A DNA stretch of 64,000 bases. Source: Rhodothermales bacterium. Lineage in GTDB: Bacteria > Bacteroidota > Rhodothermia > Rhodothermales > Bin80. The stretch lies in the NCBI GenBank assembly GCA_965208025.1, contig OZ242302.1, forward strand, positions 2,797,980 through 2,861,979, in the 5' to 3' direction. This document shows positions 38,279 to 51,100 of the stretch, piece after piece; positions within the stretch are counted from its first letter, which is position 1, and every line of letters begins with the position of its first letter. Made by a program: the position numbers and the translations under genes. The notes under the pieces were generated by a model. The model was not told the DNA's origin. It made no database searches and was given only the letters and a program-made list of their open reading frames with translations.

Positions 38279-40252
38279 TTAGACGTAATAATCAAAATCT
38301 GCCTCGGTTCGTACGCGGCGGAGAACCTGAAAAATTCTTGCCGGCATCACATGGGGATCTACCCGAATGCTGTGACGATTTCCCTGCCAAATGTAGCGCT
38401 CTCCTCCAAGCAAATCAAGCATTTGGAAGGGAGCGGCCCTGGGAAGCTTCAATTCTTCCAGCGGAAGTTGTAACTCTCCCTCTTGAACCTGGAATGGATC
38501 CAGACTCACGATGCAAACAATTGAATTTTCACCTGACTTCTTCCAGTAGGCAAGCATCAGAGGGTTGTGGATTTCCAGAAATTGAAGGTTTCGTAACTCC
38601 TGTAAGGCAGGATTATTTTTTCTGATTCGGTTGATGGACTGAAATAAGCTCTGCAGGGAACTGGGGTCATTCCAATTCCAGCTACGGATTTCGTACTTCT
38701 CATTATCAGCGTACTCCTCCCGATCGGGGTGCTGATTCGCTTGCATATGTTCATACGGGGGGCCATACACACCATAGACAGGTGAGAGGGTTGCCGCGAG
38801 TACATATCGTATGATATGTGCAGGCCGGCCACCACTGGTCAAGAATTCGTGGAGAATATCTGGGGAATTTGGCCAGAAGCTTGGACGAAAAAACTCCGCA
38901 ATGTTCGTCGTACTCAATTCTTGTAAATAATTCGTAAGCTCCTCTTTGGTATTACGCCAAGTGAAGTAGGTATAGGAATTATTGAACCCAAGCTTGGCAA
39001 GGGTATACATGATTTTGGGACGTGTAAAGGCTTCGGCAAGGAAGATGAGATCAGGATGCTTCGCCCGAAGTCGCCCCAGGCACCATGTCCAAAAGGCCAG
39101 AGGTTTTGTGTGTGGGTTATCTACCCGAAAGATATAGACTCCTCGCTCAATCCAGAATTCAAATATATTTTTGAGTGCTTCCCAAAGTGCCCGCCAATCT
39201 TCACATTCAAAATTGAGTGGGTAAACATCCTGATATTTCTTCGGGGGATTTTCTGCATATCGGATGCTACCATCCGCTCGCATCTTGAACCATTCGGGAT
39301 GCTCTTTGACCCATGGATGATCGGGAGAGCATTGGAATGCAATATCAAGTGCGATTTCCAACCCATGGGTCTTCGCTTTCTTGACAAAGCGATCAAATGC
39401 AGGGAGTCCACCTAAATCTCTATGGACACTGGTATGTCCTCCATCAGCGTCGCCGACGGCCCATGGGCTTCCTGGCTCGCTAGGCCGTGCTTCGGGATGG
39501 TTGTCTTTCCCTTTTCGGAATGTCGTTCCAATTGGATGGATTGGAGGGAGGTATACAATATCAAATCCAAGCTCCTTGATCCTCTCAAGACGTAAGGCCG
39601 CATCATCCAGTGTTCCATGTATCCCGGGTACGCTGGCGCTCGACCGAGGGAAAAATTCGTACCAAGCCGCAAATGTGGCAAGCTTACGGTCAACCTCTAC
39701 GGTGAAAGAACTACTTTGAACAGCAGCTTTCTGTGGGTCATTCTGTTGGGCAAGTAACAGGGAATCTTCATCAAGGGGGGCTTGGATATCGCCTTTTGTG
39801 TACCGTTTAGCCAAAGATAAGAGCTGTTCACGCACATTGAGCGGGGCATTTACGGCATACTCTTTTAGAAGAGCTGCACCATCCTGAAGTTCCACGTTCA
39901 ATTCAGGCTCAGGAATATTCGCCTCAAGGCGGCGGACATACTGTTCCTGCCAGGATCCATACCGATTGATCCATGCACGTACGTAGTAAGTATAAAGGCC
40001 CGGGGTATCAGCAACAAACTCACCAAAAAATTCATCGTTATAGGTCGGCTCCATCGGGATTTCTTCGGTCGCCCCGCCGAGGCGTGTCACATTGAGGCTA
40101 GCACAAAGCAGGTCGTGACCATCCACGATGACGCCAGCATTCACATGGATGGGTTCTCCAACGGTCCGTTTAATATGCCAGTCGCCATCATGGACACGGG
40201 GGGAAACAGATGTGATAAACACACGCGACCAGCGGTCAGATGCAGATTTCAT
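38279..40252 (-). CDS. glgE: Alpha-1,4-glucan:maltose-1-phosphate maltosyltransferase
   Basis: The protein is 657 aa. The N-terminal DUF3416-type domain reads [38 protein letters not shown]. The GH13_3-like core has [30 protein letters not shown] and [10 protein letters not shown]. The gene ends 5 nt before the glgB start, which suggests an operon. Confidence 0.88.
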   Translation of the reverse strand: MKSASDRWSRVFITSVSPRVHDGDWHIKRTVGEPIHVNAGVIVDGHDLLCASLNVTRLGGATEEIPMEPTYNDEFFGEFVADTPGLYTYYVRAWINRYGSWQEQYVRRLEANIPEPELNVELQDGAALLKEYAVNAPLNVREQLLSLAKRYTKGDIQAPLDEDSLLLAQQNDPQKAAVQSSSFTVEVDRKLATFAAWYEFFPRSSASVPGIHGTLDDAALRLERIKELGFDIVYLPPIHPIGTTFRKGKDNHPEARPSEPGSPWAVGDADGGHTSVHRDLGGLPAFDRFVKKAKTHGLEIALDIAFQCSPDHPWVKEHPEWFKMRADGSIRYAENPPKKYQDVYPLNFECEDWRALWEALKNIFEFWIERGVYIFRVDNPHTKPLAFWTWCLGRLRAKHPDLIFLAEAFTRPKIMYTLAKLGFNNSYTYFTWRNTKEELTNYLQELSTTNIAEFFRPSFWPNSPDILHEFLTSGGRPAHIIRYVLAATLSPVYGVYGPPYEHMQANQHPDREEYADNEKYEIRSWNWNDPSSLQSLFQSINRIRKNNPALQELRNLQFLEIHNPLMLAYWKKSGENSIVCIVSLDPFQVQEGELQLPLEELKLPRAAPFQMLDLLGGERYIWQGNRHSIRVDPHVMPARIFQVLRRVRTEADFDYYV

Positions 40253-40357
40253 GAATGTGCAAACAAATTCTTATTCTCGAGCGCAGTTAATTGCATTCTC
40301 TACTCCCTCTGGAAAATTCATTATTGAATAGCACATTTTCTGCGTACAAATATAACC

Positions 40358-42409
40358 ATGAATCATAAAATCTCATTAGGAGCACATCTTGACCAACACG
40401 GAGGGCATTTCTCAATTTTCAGCGCAAATGCTGAACGGGTTGAACTGATCCTGCTGGATAGAGAGCATCAAGTAGAGCATACAATAGACGTAAACGGACG
40501 TACAGGAGATGTGTGGCATGTTTTTGTGCCTGGGATCCGATCGGGGCAACGTTATTCCTATCGTGTCTATGGGGCTTGGGCTCCGGAGGAAGGACATCGG
40601 TTTAACGGTGCAAAGTTGCTTTTGGACCCCTATGCACGTTCCATCAGCCGAATGCCGCAATGGAATAACAGCCTGTTTGGATACGACCGTGACCGAGATG
40701 ATCGAGTTCAGAGTTATTCGGATAGCCTGTCCTATGCACCGATAGGTATGGTCACTCGTGCAGATCATTCAGAAAGATCTGTACAAGGCCCAGATATTCC
40801 GTGGGTAGATACGGTGATCTACGAAACGCATGTGAAAGGGCTCAGCTTTCAGAATCCCGATGTACCCCCCGAACGTCGAGGGACCTATTTGGGAGCGGCA
40901 TCGGATGCTGTGTTAGAGCACCTCAAGGGGTTGGGCGTCACAACCATTGAGTTTTTGCCAATCCATGCGGCCGTGCAGGATGAGCGTCTCGTCCGTCATG
41001 GGTTGTCGCAATATTGGGGATACAATCCCCTTTCATACTTTATGCCTGATCCTCGTTTCTCCGTTGGTGGTTGCGAAACGGCGGCTGAAGAATTCAAGAC
41101 CATGATAGATATTATGCATGATCATGGATTCGAAATCATACTTGATGTAGTCTACAACCATACGGGCGAGGGAGACCATTTGGGGCCAACCTTATCCTGG
41201 CGGGGCATTGATAATGCGTCCTACTATGTCGCAAATCCTGAACAGCCTCGCTATCTGTATGACGGTACGGGGTGTGGAAACACCCTGCGCACAGAACATA
41301 CTTTTGTCCGCCGCCTCATCATGGACAGTCTTCGCTACTGGGTTGAGGTGATGAACGTAGACGGTTTTCGGTTTGATTTGGCAAGTGTATTACTTCGCGA
41401 AAATGGTAAGGTCAATCCCCAAAGTGGGTGGTTGCATATGATTCAACAGGATCCTGTTTTATCCAAGGTCAAATTGATCGCTGAACCCTGGGATCTGGGA
41501 TCTGGCGGGTATCAATTGGGTACTTACCCGTCCCCGTGGAGAGAGTGGAATGATCAGTACCGGGATGTTGTACGGCGCTATTGGCGAGGGGAGCGAGGGG
41601 TCACTGGTCAGTTTGCCACTCGGATTGCAGGTTCAAGTGATTTATTTTCTGCGGGGCATCGACGTCCCTCTTCGTCCATCAATTATGTAACTTCGCATGA
41701 CGGGTTCACGCTTCAAGATCTTGTATCGTATGAGAGAAAGTACAATGACGCAAATCTGGAAGAAGGCCGAGATGGGACATCCACAAATTACAGTCAGAAT
41801 TGTGGACAGGAAGGATCCTCTACGGATCCGGTGATTTTGGCGCAACGGGATCGGATCCGCCGCAGCTTACTTACCACCTTATTTGTATCTCAGGGCGTTC
41901 CAATGCTCTTGGGAGGAGATGAGTTCGGACGCACCCAGAGAGGGAATAATAACCCTTACTGTCAGGATAACGAGATATCGTGGTATGACTGGGAGCGAGG
42001 AGGATCCGATATGGAGCATCTGGAATTTGTACGTGAACTGATTGCATTCCGCAAAGCACATCCATCTCTGCGGCATAACCGTTTCTTGAATGGACACTCA
42101 GAAACGAATGGGTTACCCGACGCAATTTGGTGGCATCCAGAGGGGCGGATCATGCAATCGGAAGACTGGGTGCACACCCATGCAATCGGCTTATGGCTCT
42201 GTGCACCCGATGGGTTACTAATCTGTTTTAATCCAACGAGTCAGACGGTCCGATTCAAGCTCTCGGACACCTATGCCTGGGGGTATGGACTGGGCTGGGG
42301 AGAGAGCACATTATCGACGGACTCATGCGGCGGGGACGCAAAGGTTGGCCCCCAATCCGTGTTCATCCTGCGGGCTAAGGCGGTTACTCTTGATCGTCAT
42401 GCGGTGTAA
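40358..42409 (+). CDS. glgX: Glycogen debranching enzyme
   Basis: The protein is 683 aa. Motifs are FSIFSANAERVELILL, VIYETHVKG, EIILDVVYNHTGEG, GFRFDLASVL, LIAEPWDLG and INYVTSHDGFTL. Confidence 0.9.
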   Translation: MNHKISLGAHLDQHGGHFSIFSANAERVELILLDREHQVEHTIDVNGRTGDVWHVFVPGIRSGQRYSYRVYGAWAPEEGHRFNGAKLLLDPYARSISRMPQWNNSLFGYDRDRDDRVQSYSDSLSYAPIGMVTRADHSERSVQGPDIPWVDTVIYETHVKGLSFQNPDVPPERRGTYLGAASDAVLEHLKGLGVTTIEFLPIHAAVQDERLVRHGLSQYWGYNPLSYFMPDPRFSVGGCETAAEEFKTMIDIMHDHGFEIILDVVYNHTGEGDHLGPTLSWRGIDNASYYVANPEQPRYLYDGTGCGNTLRTEHTFVRRLIMDSLRYWVEVMNVDGFRFDLASVLLRENGKVNPQSGWLHMIQQDPVLSKVKLIAEPWDLGSGGYQLGTYPSPWREWNDQYRDVVRRYWRGERGVTGQFATRIAGSSDLFSAGHRRPSSSINYVTSHDGFTLQDLVSYERKYNDANLEEGRDGTSTNYSQNCGQEGSSTDPVILAQRDRIRRSLLTTLFVSQGVPMLLGGDEFGRTQRGNNNPYCQDNEISWYDWERGGSDMEHLEFVRELIAFRKAHPSLRHNRFLNGHSETNGLPDAIWWHPEGRIMQSEDWVHTHAIGLWLCAPDGLLICFNPTSQTVRFKLSDTYAWGYGLGWGESTLSTDSCGGDAKVGPQSVFILRAKAVTLDRHAV

Positions 42410-43861
42410 CCACTGAACGGCTATTTCCCTGAGCCGCGCTAGGTCCTTGGGTCGAAGCGTCCAGCGCCAGTTCCCATGCGCGGTACCCGGGAAATTCATC
42501 CGTGCTTCACTTCCCAGACTGAGAATATCCTGGACGGGTAAGATTACCAGTCCTGCTTCGGAATCAAGGCACTGTTCCGCCGCGTGAGGACATACATCTC
42601 CTTCGGATTGGATACTCAGATACTCTTGGGCAAACGTATGCTCATATTCGGTAAGGGTGGACCACCAGCCGAGAAGCGTATCATTGTCATGGGTTCCCGT
42701 ATACACGCACTGGTTGGGATGATAGTTGTGTGGTAGGTGAGGATTATCCATTTCCGCATCAAATCCAAACTGGATGACTGCCATGCCGGGGAATGCGTTG
42801 GTTTCCATCAGTTGGGTTACATCCGGGGTAATCACCCCGAGATCTTCGGCGATCAGTGGCAGGGGGCCGAGGGTTTCTTTGATCCGGTCAAAAAAGGATT
42901 GTCCTGGGCCTGAAACCCAGCGACCATGAACGGCGGTTTTTTCGGGTGCTGGAATTTCCCAGTACCCTGCAAAGCCCCTGAAATGATCCAGACGTATGTG
43001 ATCATAGAGACTGAGCGCCCGTTTCATTCGGCGGATCCACCAGTCAAATCCCTGCGCTTCCATCACCGTCCAATTGTAGATTGGATTGCCCCAACGCTGC
43101 CCTGTTTCGCTGAAAAAGTCCGGGGGAACGCCAGCAACCACTCGAGGCTCGCCTGAGGAGTCTAATTCAAATAACTCTGGTTGAGCCCATACATCTACAC
43201 TATCATGTGCGACATAGATGGGGAGATCGCCCATGATTTTGATGCCCTTACGGCGGCAGTGCTCCCAAAGCCGATTCCATTGGAGGTCAAAAATATATTG
43301 CTCGAAGAGATAAAACTGAATTTCGGGTAGATCTAGGGTTAGATCATGAGAGGACAGTGTCCGGTCGTCAACGGACCAACTAGTCCAGATTCGGTTCCGG
43401 TATTTTTTCTTTCGTTGCTGGAAGCATGCATATGGCAAAAGCCAATCCTTTTCTCGGTCAACGAAGGACTTGAATTCATCCGTTGGCGAGTGCTCTTCAA
43501 ATCTCGTGAACGCTTGGCGAAGGAGGGTAGACTTATAGTTTGAAACACTCGGATAGTCAACGCTCCGTTCACGGTGGGGATAGTAGGCATTCATTTCGGC
43601 TTCGGTGGACCAGCCATCCTGAACCATCAGTTCGGGACTGATGAGGAGCGGACTCCCTGCAAAGGAAGCGGGGCTTGCATAAGGTGAGTCTCCGAGTCCA
43701 ACCGGGCAGACTGGCAGGACCTGCCACCAAACTTGTCCAGCATCAGAAAGGATATCTACAAATTCCCATGCCACTGGGCCCAAGTCTCCAATCCCGAAGC
43801 GGGTAGGCAGAGAGGTCAAATGTAACAGAAGTCCACTGGATCGCATATGATGTATATTCAT
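42323..43861 (-). CDS. malQ: 4-alpha-glucanotransferase (amylomaltase)
   Basis: Motifs are RSSGLLLHLTSLPTRFGIGDLG, SPYASPASFAGSPLLISPE, IKIMGDLPIYVAHDSVDVW, IRLDHFRGF, IAEDLG and TGTHDNDT. The start is uncertain (ATG at 43903, 43861 or 43846). Confidence 0.88.
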   Translation of the reverse strand: MNIHHMRSSGLLLHLTSLPTRFGIGDLGPVAWEFVDILSDAGQVWWQVLPVCPVGLGDSPYASPASFAGSPLLISPELMVQDGWSTEAEMNAYYPHRERSVDYPSVSNYKSTLLRQAFTRFEEHSPTDEFKSFVDREKDWLLPYACFQQRKKKYRNRIWTSWSVDDRTLSSHDLTLDLPEIQFYLFEQYIFDLQWNRLWEHCRRKGIKIMGDLPIYVAHDSVDVWAQPELFELDSSGEPRVVAGVPPDFFSETGQRWGNPIYNWTVMEAQGFDWWIRRMKRALSLYDHIRLDHFRGFAGYWEIPAPEKTAVHGRWVSGPGQSFFDRIKETLGPLPLIAEDLGVITPDVTQLMETNAFPGMAVIQFGFDAEMDNPHLPHNYHPNQCVYTGTHDNDTLLGWWSTLTEYEHTFAQEYLSIQSEGDVCPHAAEQCLDSEAGLVILPVQDILSLGSEARMNFPGTAHGNWRWTLRPKDLARLREIAVQWLHRMTIKSNRLSPQDEHGLGANLCVPAA

Positions 43862-43897
43862 TCTATTCCGCAAACTTCTATCCGTCCATTTCGTGCC

Positions 43898-44353
43898 ATG
43901 CAAGTGAAGATTACCATCCAGACCGCAACGCTCCAGGATCTACCCGGTCTAGTTCACCTTTTTGACGGTTACAGACAATTTTACAGGAAGAGTTCAGACC
44001 TTGAAGGAGCGCATCGATTTCTTTCCGAGCGCTTCCAGCACCAGGATTCTGTCATTTTCGTAGCGAAAACAGACGATTTACTAGTCGGATTTGTACAGTT
44101 GTATCCTTCATTTTCATCGGTGCGCATGTCTCCGATTTGGATTTTGAATGATTTATATGTTCAGCCGGATCGTCGTGGTCAGGGAATTGGGAAACGACTC
44201 ATGGAGGAGGCTGGACGTCATGCAGCATATACTGGATACTCGGTGATAGAATTAGCAACTGAAAACACAAATACACATGCTCAGCAACTCTACGAGAAGT
44301 TGGGGTATTCAAAAATCACAGACTGGACGTACTATGCTCTCAATCTCGGATGA
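43898..44353 (+). CDS. GNAT-family N-acetyltransferase
   Basis: The protein is ~151 aa from ATG 43898 (MQVKITIQTATLQDL..). The acetyl-CoA motif A is LYVQPDRRGQGIGKRLMEEA, and QQLYEKLGY is near the C-terminus. Confidence 0.8.
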   Translation: MQVKITIQTATLQDLPGLVHLFDGYRQFYRKSSDLEGAHRFLSERFQHQDSVIFVAKTDDLLVGFVQLYPSFSSVRMSPIWILNDLYVQPDRRGQGIGKRLMEEAGRHAAYTGYSVIELATENTNTHAQQLYEKLGYSKITDWTYYALNLG

Positions 44354-45166
44354 TCTAACAAAGACTGTTTTTATGAGCCGAATCGTATGCTCCCCCAACA
44401 TCTCGGACGGATAGGACAAAATCTTTGGTGATGTAGCTACGGATACACCTGTGAGTTGTTATTGATCAACCAGACAAACTGCACTTCAAAATCTTGTGAA
44501 CCTTGGGACGGTCGTGCCGTCGTCTGGAGATCACGACAGAGGATCAAGGACTACAACGGTTGCCTAAATTATGCCAGGCGGTTGGTCAATCCAGAGGGCA
44601 AAATCTTAGTCTGGAAATAAGTGGAGCGCAAGGAATAGAAGGCCAGCTACAACTAAAATCGTCCCAATCGCCCAGCGAACGAGGCGTGCCTCAAAGGCAG
44701 TCATTTTTGCATTTAATTTAGCAATATCAATATTAAGCTACAAATGAGTTCGTCACAAAGTCCACTGATCTCAGTCTTAAGTTCGCTGCGAACAAAATTC
44801 TCCGTTACAGGGTTGTCATATTGTTATTCTACAGCGTCAGCAATAATTTGGGTATGCACCTAAGCCTGAGTCCGCTTAGGCCTCAACTACGGAAAGATTG
44901 CGGCAAATTGTAAGAGTATCTATCCATATCACTAAAAATTTTGGTGCTGCACACCGTTGCATGACTTCGGTCCCTTACTTCCCCTGATGATCTCTGTACA
45001 TTCAGACTACAGGAAAATTTCTTTTCACACCCTGTTCGTTAACTATCTATGCTTGATATTCCCGTAACTTTCCGCGGGGCATGATAGCTTGATACTGGGC
45101 AAAATCATCTTGAACCACAATTGATTTCCCATCAGAGGGAACAAGAATTCCAGCCACTGTATTGGA

Positions 45167-48100
45167 CTACTTCACGAGTGTCATTCGGCCTTTGGCAAGC
45201 TGGACTCCTGTATCTTGCCTAGCAACGACATGATAAACATAGACACCAGATGGCAGGTTGGGAACCGTAAGCATCAATGATCTTGATGGGCCCGCCGAGA
45301 TACCATAGAATTCTTCTACATGCACTCTTTGCCCCAACAGATTGAATACTTCAACAGACACATCTGCGGCTGTCGGTAAGTCCACCAAGATATTCGTTGA
45401 TGGATTGAATGGATTCGGATAATTTCCCAACAGGACGAAGTCTGTTACCGTGTGACCTGCTTCAAGAGATGTTGCCCCGACTACTTCAATTGCAAAGTCT
45501 GCACTGACAGTGCCCCCTGCGTTATCCGTTACTGTAAATGTATATGCGGTTTGTGCAGTAATCTCCTGAGGTGTACCCGAGATGTACGGACCCGAGGGAA
45601 CGAACGTCAGTCCAGAGGGCAGCTCGGGAGTTAGTGTGTACATGTACGGCGACAGCCCTCCTGAAGCGCTAGGCAAATTCAATTGATCAATGGGCTGGGA
45701 TACGGTATAGGTCTGGTCTTCTATTGTACCTGTCAGCGTGAGTGCGCTGAGACAATTGGAGCCCATTACCTCGGATACAGTTTGTAACCAGTTCTGGAAC
45801 TCATCCTGAATTGGCGCACAGAGCGACTGACCATCAAAGTGGAAAATCTCCAGATTCTCCAAGTTTGTCATCTCTCCGGGGAGTGCACCTTCCAGATGGT
45901 TCTGACCGATTCTCAGTTCAATGAGTCCAGTCAAGTCTCCCACCGTTTTAGGCAAGCTTCCAAGCATCCCAACCCCATTGAGATTCAACTCTGCAACGCG
46001 CCCCTGATAGACCTCTACCCCACTCCAAGCATCTAACTCCTCAATCTGAGGGAGATCGGATTCCGCAACTGACCAGTTTTCCTGCGTAGTCCATTGGGCA
46101 CCTGCAGTCTCTTCGTATAGATTTTTGAGAGCATTCCAGTCCTTCTCCAACTCCGCAGAGGGAGAGGTGGTCGCTGAGCGGGTTACGTAGGGACTCATCC
46201 CTTCCTCGTTCAATGCTGCCACCTGCACTTCATACAATGTTCCCGAGAGGAGTTCGCTCAAACTCGCTTCGTTGGATGGAGCATTGATTTCCACCCATTC
46301 ACTTGGTTGAAAGCCTTCCAGACGCCGATCTGCATCGGATTCTCGATAACGTACTGTGTATCGCAGGATCTCTGAACCACCATCTCGTTCGGGCGACTGC
46401 CAACGTAGGTCAAGTTCGGAGTCCGAACCCGGTTGAATGAAGAAATCCAAAGGGACCGATGGAATCGTTGCATCCTGCGTGGAAACTGCCCCAGTATAAA
46501 TCGTCTCTGTATCGTCTACAAAATGACGGAACTCAATCTCATAGGCCGTTTCAGGAGAAAGGTCATAAATTCGTGCATGGCCTTCAGTTCCGAGGTTCAG
46601 CACCTGTTCCCACTGGGAAGCAGATTGCTCCCTGTAGTACAATTTATATATATCATCAGATGCGGGGCTGGATGCCTCTGGATCTTTTCCTGTACGACAA
46701 GTTGCTTCTATCCAGAAGACCTCCAACTCGGTCGGACTTTGTCCACATATCGTCAGCGTTAAGGGGGCATTGGTCTGATCCGATGACGGCGTGGAGGCGG
46801 CCCCATTCGCATAGGATCCTCTCCCCGCACTATTCACTGCTGCAACCTGAACCTCGTAGAGCGTGGATTCACGGAGTCCACGAATCGTCTCTTGCAAGCC
46901 GGTCTCCTCACGAGTCCATAGAGTCCATTCACTATTCTCGGTAGTTTTGTAGCCAATCTCATAGTCGGTGATCGGAGCGCCCCCGTGGTCAGAGGGGGCA
47001 AGCCATGAAAGACGGAGCGCATCATCACTACTCCCATTCACCACCAGATTTTCTGGCGAACTCGGAAGAGTCGCCCGGGTAGTGGCGGACTGCTGAACGA
47101 ATTCTCCATGTCCAGCGTCAATCTGTCCTCGAACGCGAACCTGATAGGTGGTCCCAGCCATGAGCCCTATGATCGTAGCCTGGGTGGATAATCCTGTATG
47201 CGCGATCTGGTGCCAAGTCCCTGAATGCTGCTCCCTGCGATACTCCACACGATAGCCAGTTACATCAGGACCCGAAGAAGGAGCGGCCCATGTGGCCTGA
47301 ATGCGAGTGGCAGACGAAACAGTCAGTGTTAAGGAAGAGGGCGGAGCGGGTATGTCCGTTCCATTCAATGTTTGCCCGGTGCTCTGAACAAACGATCCCT
47401 CAGAGACGGCATTGATCGCGGCAACCCGAACGTCGTAGCCTGTTCCTGCATCAAGATTTTGAATGACAATGGAGGTCCTCTCCGAGCTCTGTTCCTCCCA
47501 ATCTCCAGGTTGCCGTCCTGTTTGGGTTTCATCCTCGTCTGAGAGACGGTAGTCAACACGATACCGAAGAATGGGGATTCCTCCCGGGTCAACTGGTGCC
47601 GTCCACGATACCTCCAGATCCATAGCAGAAGTCCCGGTAACCATCAAGGCGCGGGGTGGGAAAGGAGCGGTTGCCAGCGGAGTCGTCACGGTAGCGGATT
47701 CAAATTCACTTCTCCCCAATGCATTGATCGCGGCAATACTGACTTGGTATTCTGTTTCGGGCAGAAGACCAGTCAAGATCACTGCCGAAGCCTCCGCGTG
47801 ACGGGTAAGAGACATTGGATCAGAATCCGCAGGGGCATTGGCGGGGGCATACTCAACCGCAAACGACCGCAGGGCCAGCCCTCCAGTCTCAGTGGGTTTT
47901 GTCCAAGTTGCTTGGACCTCGGTTGGAGATAGAGATGTCAGAACCACATTTGTGGGCGCATTAGGTAGAGATACTGCTTCGGTCGTGGTTGCCGAGCCAA
48001 GATCAGTAAATTCCCCCCGTCCAGCTTCGTTCACCGCTGCAACCCGCACATCATAGGATGTATTTGCAAGCAGATCGGTTAATTCGACCGTGGTAGCCGT

Positions 48101-51100
48101 GGTGGAACGTTCCTCCCAGTCTCCCGCTGTTTCCGTACCCTCCCCATCGGGATCGGAAGTCCGATACGCAACAATGTAGGATAATGGAACAGCTATTTCC
48201 GCTCCGAGATCTTCGGGAGCTTCCCAAGTCGCACATAAAGACGAAGAAGAGGAAACGGTCACTGCCAGAGTTTTCGGGACTCCGGGAAGCGTCACCAGAA
48301 CAGAGGATGCTTCCCCTGAGTAGGCACCTGTCCCGACCGAGTTGATCGCGGCAACCCGGACCAAGTACTCTTTCCCTGCCGTGAGTCCAGTAATCGTCGT
48401 CTCAGTGTCTGTGGGATTCGGAGTAACAGAGGTCCATGAGATTGGAGACTCACTTGCGTCCCGGTACTGAACATCATAGCCAGTGATCTCGGCTCCACCG
48501 GTGTTCGTGGGTGCATCCCATGAGACGCTCAAGGTGGTTTCTGATTCTTTCTCTACCGTCACCCCCGTCGGTGCAGCAGGAACCGTAGCAACAAATTCAG
48601 GTGCTGTGGATCCAGCGCCCGTCAGCCATGCCCCCCTGCCTTCTTGATTGACCGCAGCAACCCTGACATCGTATTGAGTACCAGATTCTAACCCTGTAAT
48701 TGTGGTAGTGGTAGTAATCAAGGAAATAGACGATGTTGGATAATCAGCCTCTGTGGCTAACTTATGCTGTACCCTATATCCTGTGATTTCCATCCCACCG
48801 GTTTCCACGGGGGCTTCCCAAGTCAGCGTCAACTCATCCATCTCGGTTGCATCTACAATAAGATTCGTCGGGATATCGGGCACAGTTGCCGGCAGAGTCA
48901 ACTGTCTATTTCGAAGTGGAAGCACGGCCCAATCAGATTTACCCACCGCATTTTCTGCACGAATCCGAACGATATAATTTCTCGCCGCACGAAGATTTGT
49001 GAAGGTGTGACGAAGCACAGATGCGCGAACTATCGCGGTAGCTTCTTCATCCCAACCAATTACGATAAGGTGTTGTCTCTGAATTTCATATCTCAGGATT
49101 GGACTTCCTCCATCGTCTGGGGCACTCCATTCTACGGTGAGTTGGGATGGTGTGGTAGCAATTACTCTTATGTCACTCGGATTCGGAGCGGCGGGCACCA
49201 TGGCAGGAACCGCATCCATCCACTCGGAGTCCACCTCTTCATCCGTACCATCATCGTCCCGATAAAACACACGAGCCTTGATCCTCGTCCCCCGATCCAT
49301 ATCCTGAATAATGTATTGCGTATTGCCTGCCAATGGAAGACGGGTAGCAGTCCCACCTTGCTCGGTGGGAAGAGTACGCAACACTTCAGCACCGTTTTCC
49401 TCTGCGATCCACGAAACTTCGGGGGCAAACCCATCAGGAGGGGATTGGCTACGCGCCTTCGTCAATCCATCAGGTTCAGTAATACCAATTTCTCCATCTC
49501 CCAAAAAATCAACTTCAAATGCCCCAGAGGGTGCTTCCTGAGAATTAGCTATGCGCGTCAGCGTCAAAAGGCCCTCAGGGGCATCATTCACAGGATCAAC
49601 ATGAAACCAAAACCTTTCCTTCGGTGGATCATTCCCGCCGTAGTTGTGTCTAAAATTAAAACCGCTGTAATAAGTACCGTGACCGTGTTCATTAGGAATG
49701 TATACCAACTTCCCAATATCTGCCTTTTGAATTGTGACAATTTCGTTTAGAGTCGTTACAGGCACTCCATCAAATTCAAATTTTCCCCGTTGGTGTTGGT
49801 CAAAATCTACGACTCCAATGTCAACCAGTCTGTCAGGATCAAGGGTAAACTCACTCGCCTTGAATGTGTAACGTTCATCCTCCATAATTCTCTTCTCAAC
49901 AGGATAAAAATCTGAAGGAATTATGTCGGACCAGTTGGATTCAATTATTTCATTTGTACCCTCATCATCTCTGTAAAACACACGGGCCTTGATCCTAGCG
50001 CCCTCATCCGTATCCCTGATCATGTATTGGGTGTTGCCCACCAGTGGAAGACGTGTTGTAGTCCCGCCTTGTGGGGGGAAAGTACGCTCCAGTGTAAGTG
50101 CGTTTCTCGCTGCAATCCATGAAATCTCAGGAGCAAATCCACCAGGCGGTGATTGACTGCGCGCCTTCGTCATTCCGTCGGGATCACTCACGCCGATATC
50201 CTCATCTCCAAAAAAAACGATCTCAAAGGATTCGCCAGTTTCCAACAGCATAGGGTTCATGATGGTCAAATTTCCAGTCGGAGTGTCATTCTCCGAATCT
50301 ACATCGAACGTAAACCGATACGTATCCTCGCTATCTGATGTGCCGTCGTTGACCCTAAACAGAAAACTACTATAATCGTCGCCGTGTTCATGTTCACCCG
50401 GTGTGAAAATTGCCCTGTCAGAATTGAAGATGCCCACTCCTGCTGTAAAAACTTCTGAAAGTATTTCGATTCCGTTTATGGTCAAAGTTCCCTGCCCCGA
50501 GAACTCACTAACTTTCACATTTACAAGCACATCGCCTTCGTCGGCATCTGTAAAGGGAAAATCATTCGCCGAGAATGTGTAAGGGGTATCTTCGTTAATG
50601 GTCTTCTCCACATTATCAGAAGTTGGAAGGTCATTCACCGCATCTACATCGAACGTAAACCGATACGTATCCTCGCTATCTGATGTGCCGTCGTTGACCC
50701 TAAACAGAAAACTACTATAATCGTCGCCGTGTTCATGTTCACCCGGTGTGAAAATTGCCCTGTCAGAATTGAAGATGCTCACTGCTGCTGTAAAAATTTC
50801 AGTATCTGTTGAAAGTATTTCTCTTCCGCCTATGATCAAAGTTCCATTCCCCGAGAACTCACTAATTTTCACACTTACAAGCACATCGCCATCGTCGGTA
50901 TCTGAAAATGGGAAATCATCAGCCATGATGGTGTAAGGTGTATCCTCCTCAATAGTCTTCTCCACATTGTCAGATGTAGGAGAAGCTAATTTTTTGTCCT
51001 CAGATACCCTCCCTGCACTTTCCTCAACCTCAGGATTTTTCTCAGGCGAGTGAGGGTATGGAGATAATGAAAGAAACGCCTCACCTATCCCCGAAAAGAT

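Noticed and set aside
42323-42409. An 87-bp convergent overlap between the 3' ends of glgX and malQ.
   Set aside because: Both proteins appear complete before the overlap, since conserved regions end near ..VGPQSVFILRA and ..GNWRWTLRPKDLARLREIA. The overlap is most simply explained by late stop codons on both strands. It may still matter for transcription termination, but I see no specific signal.
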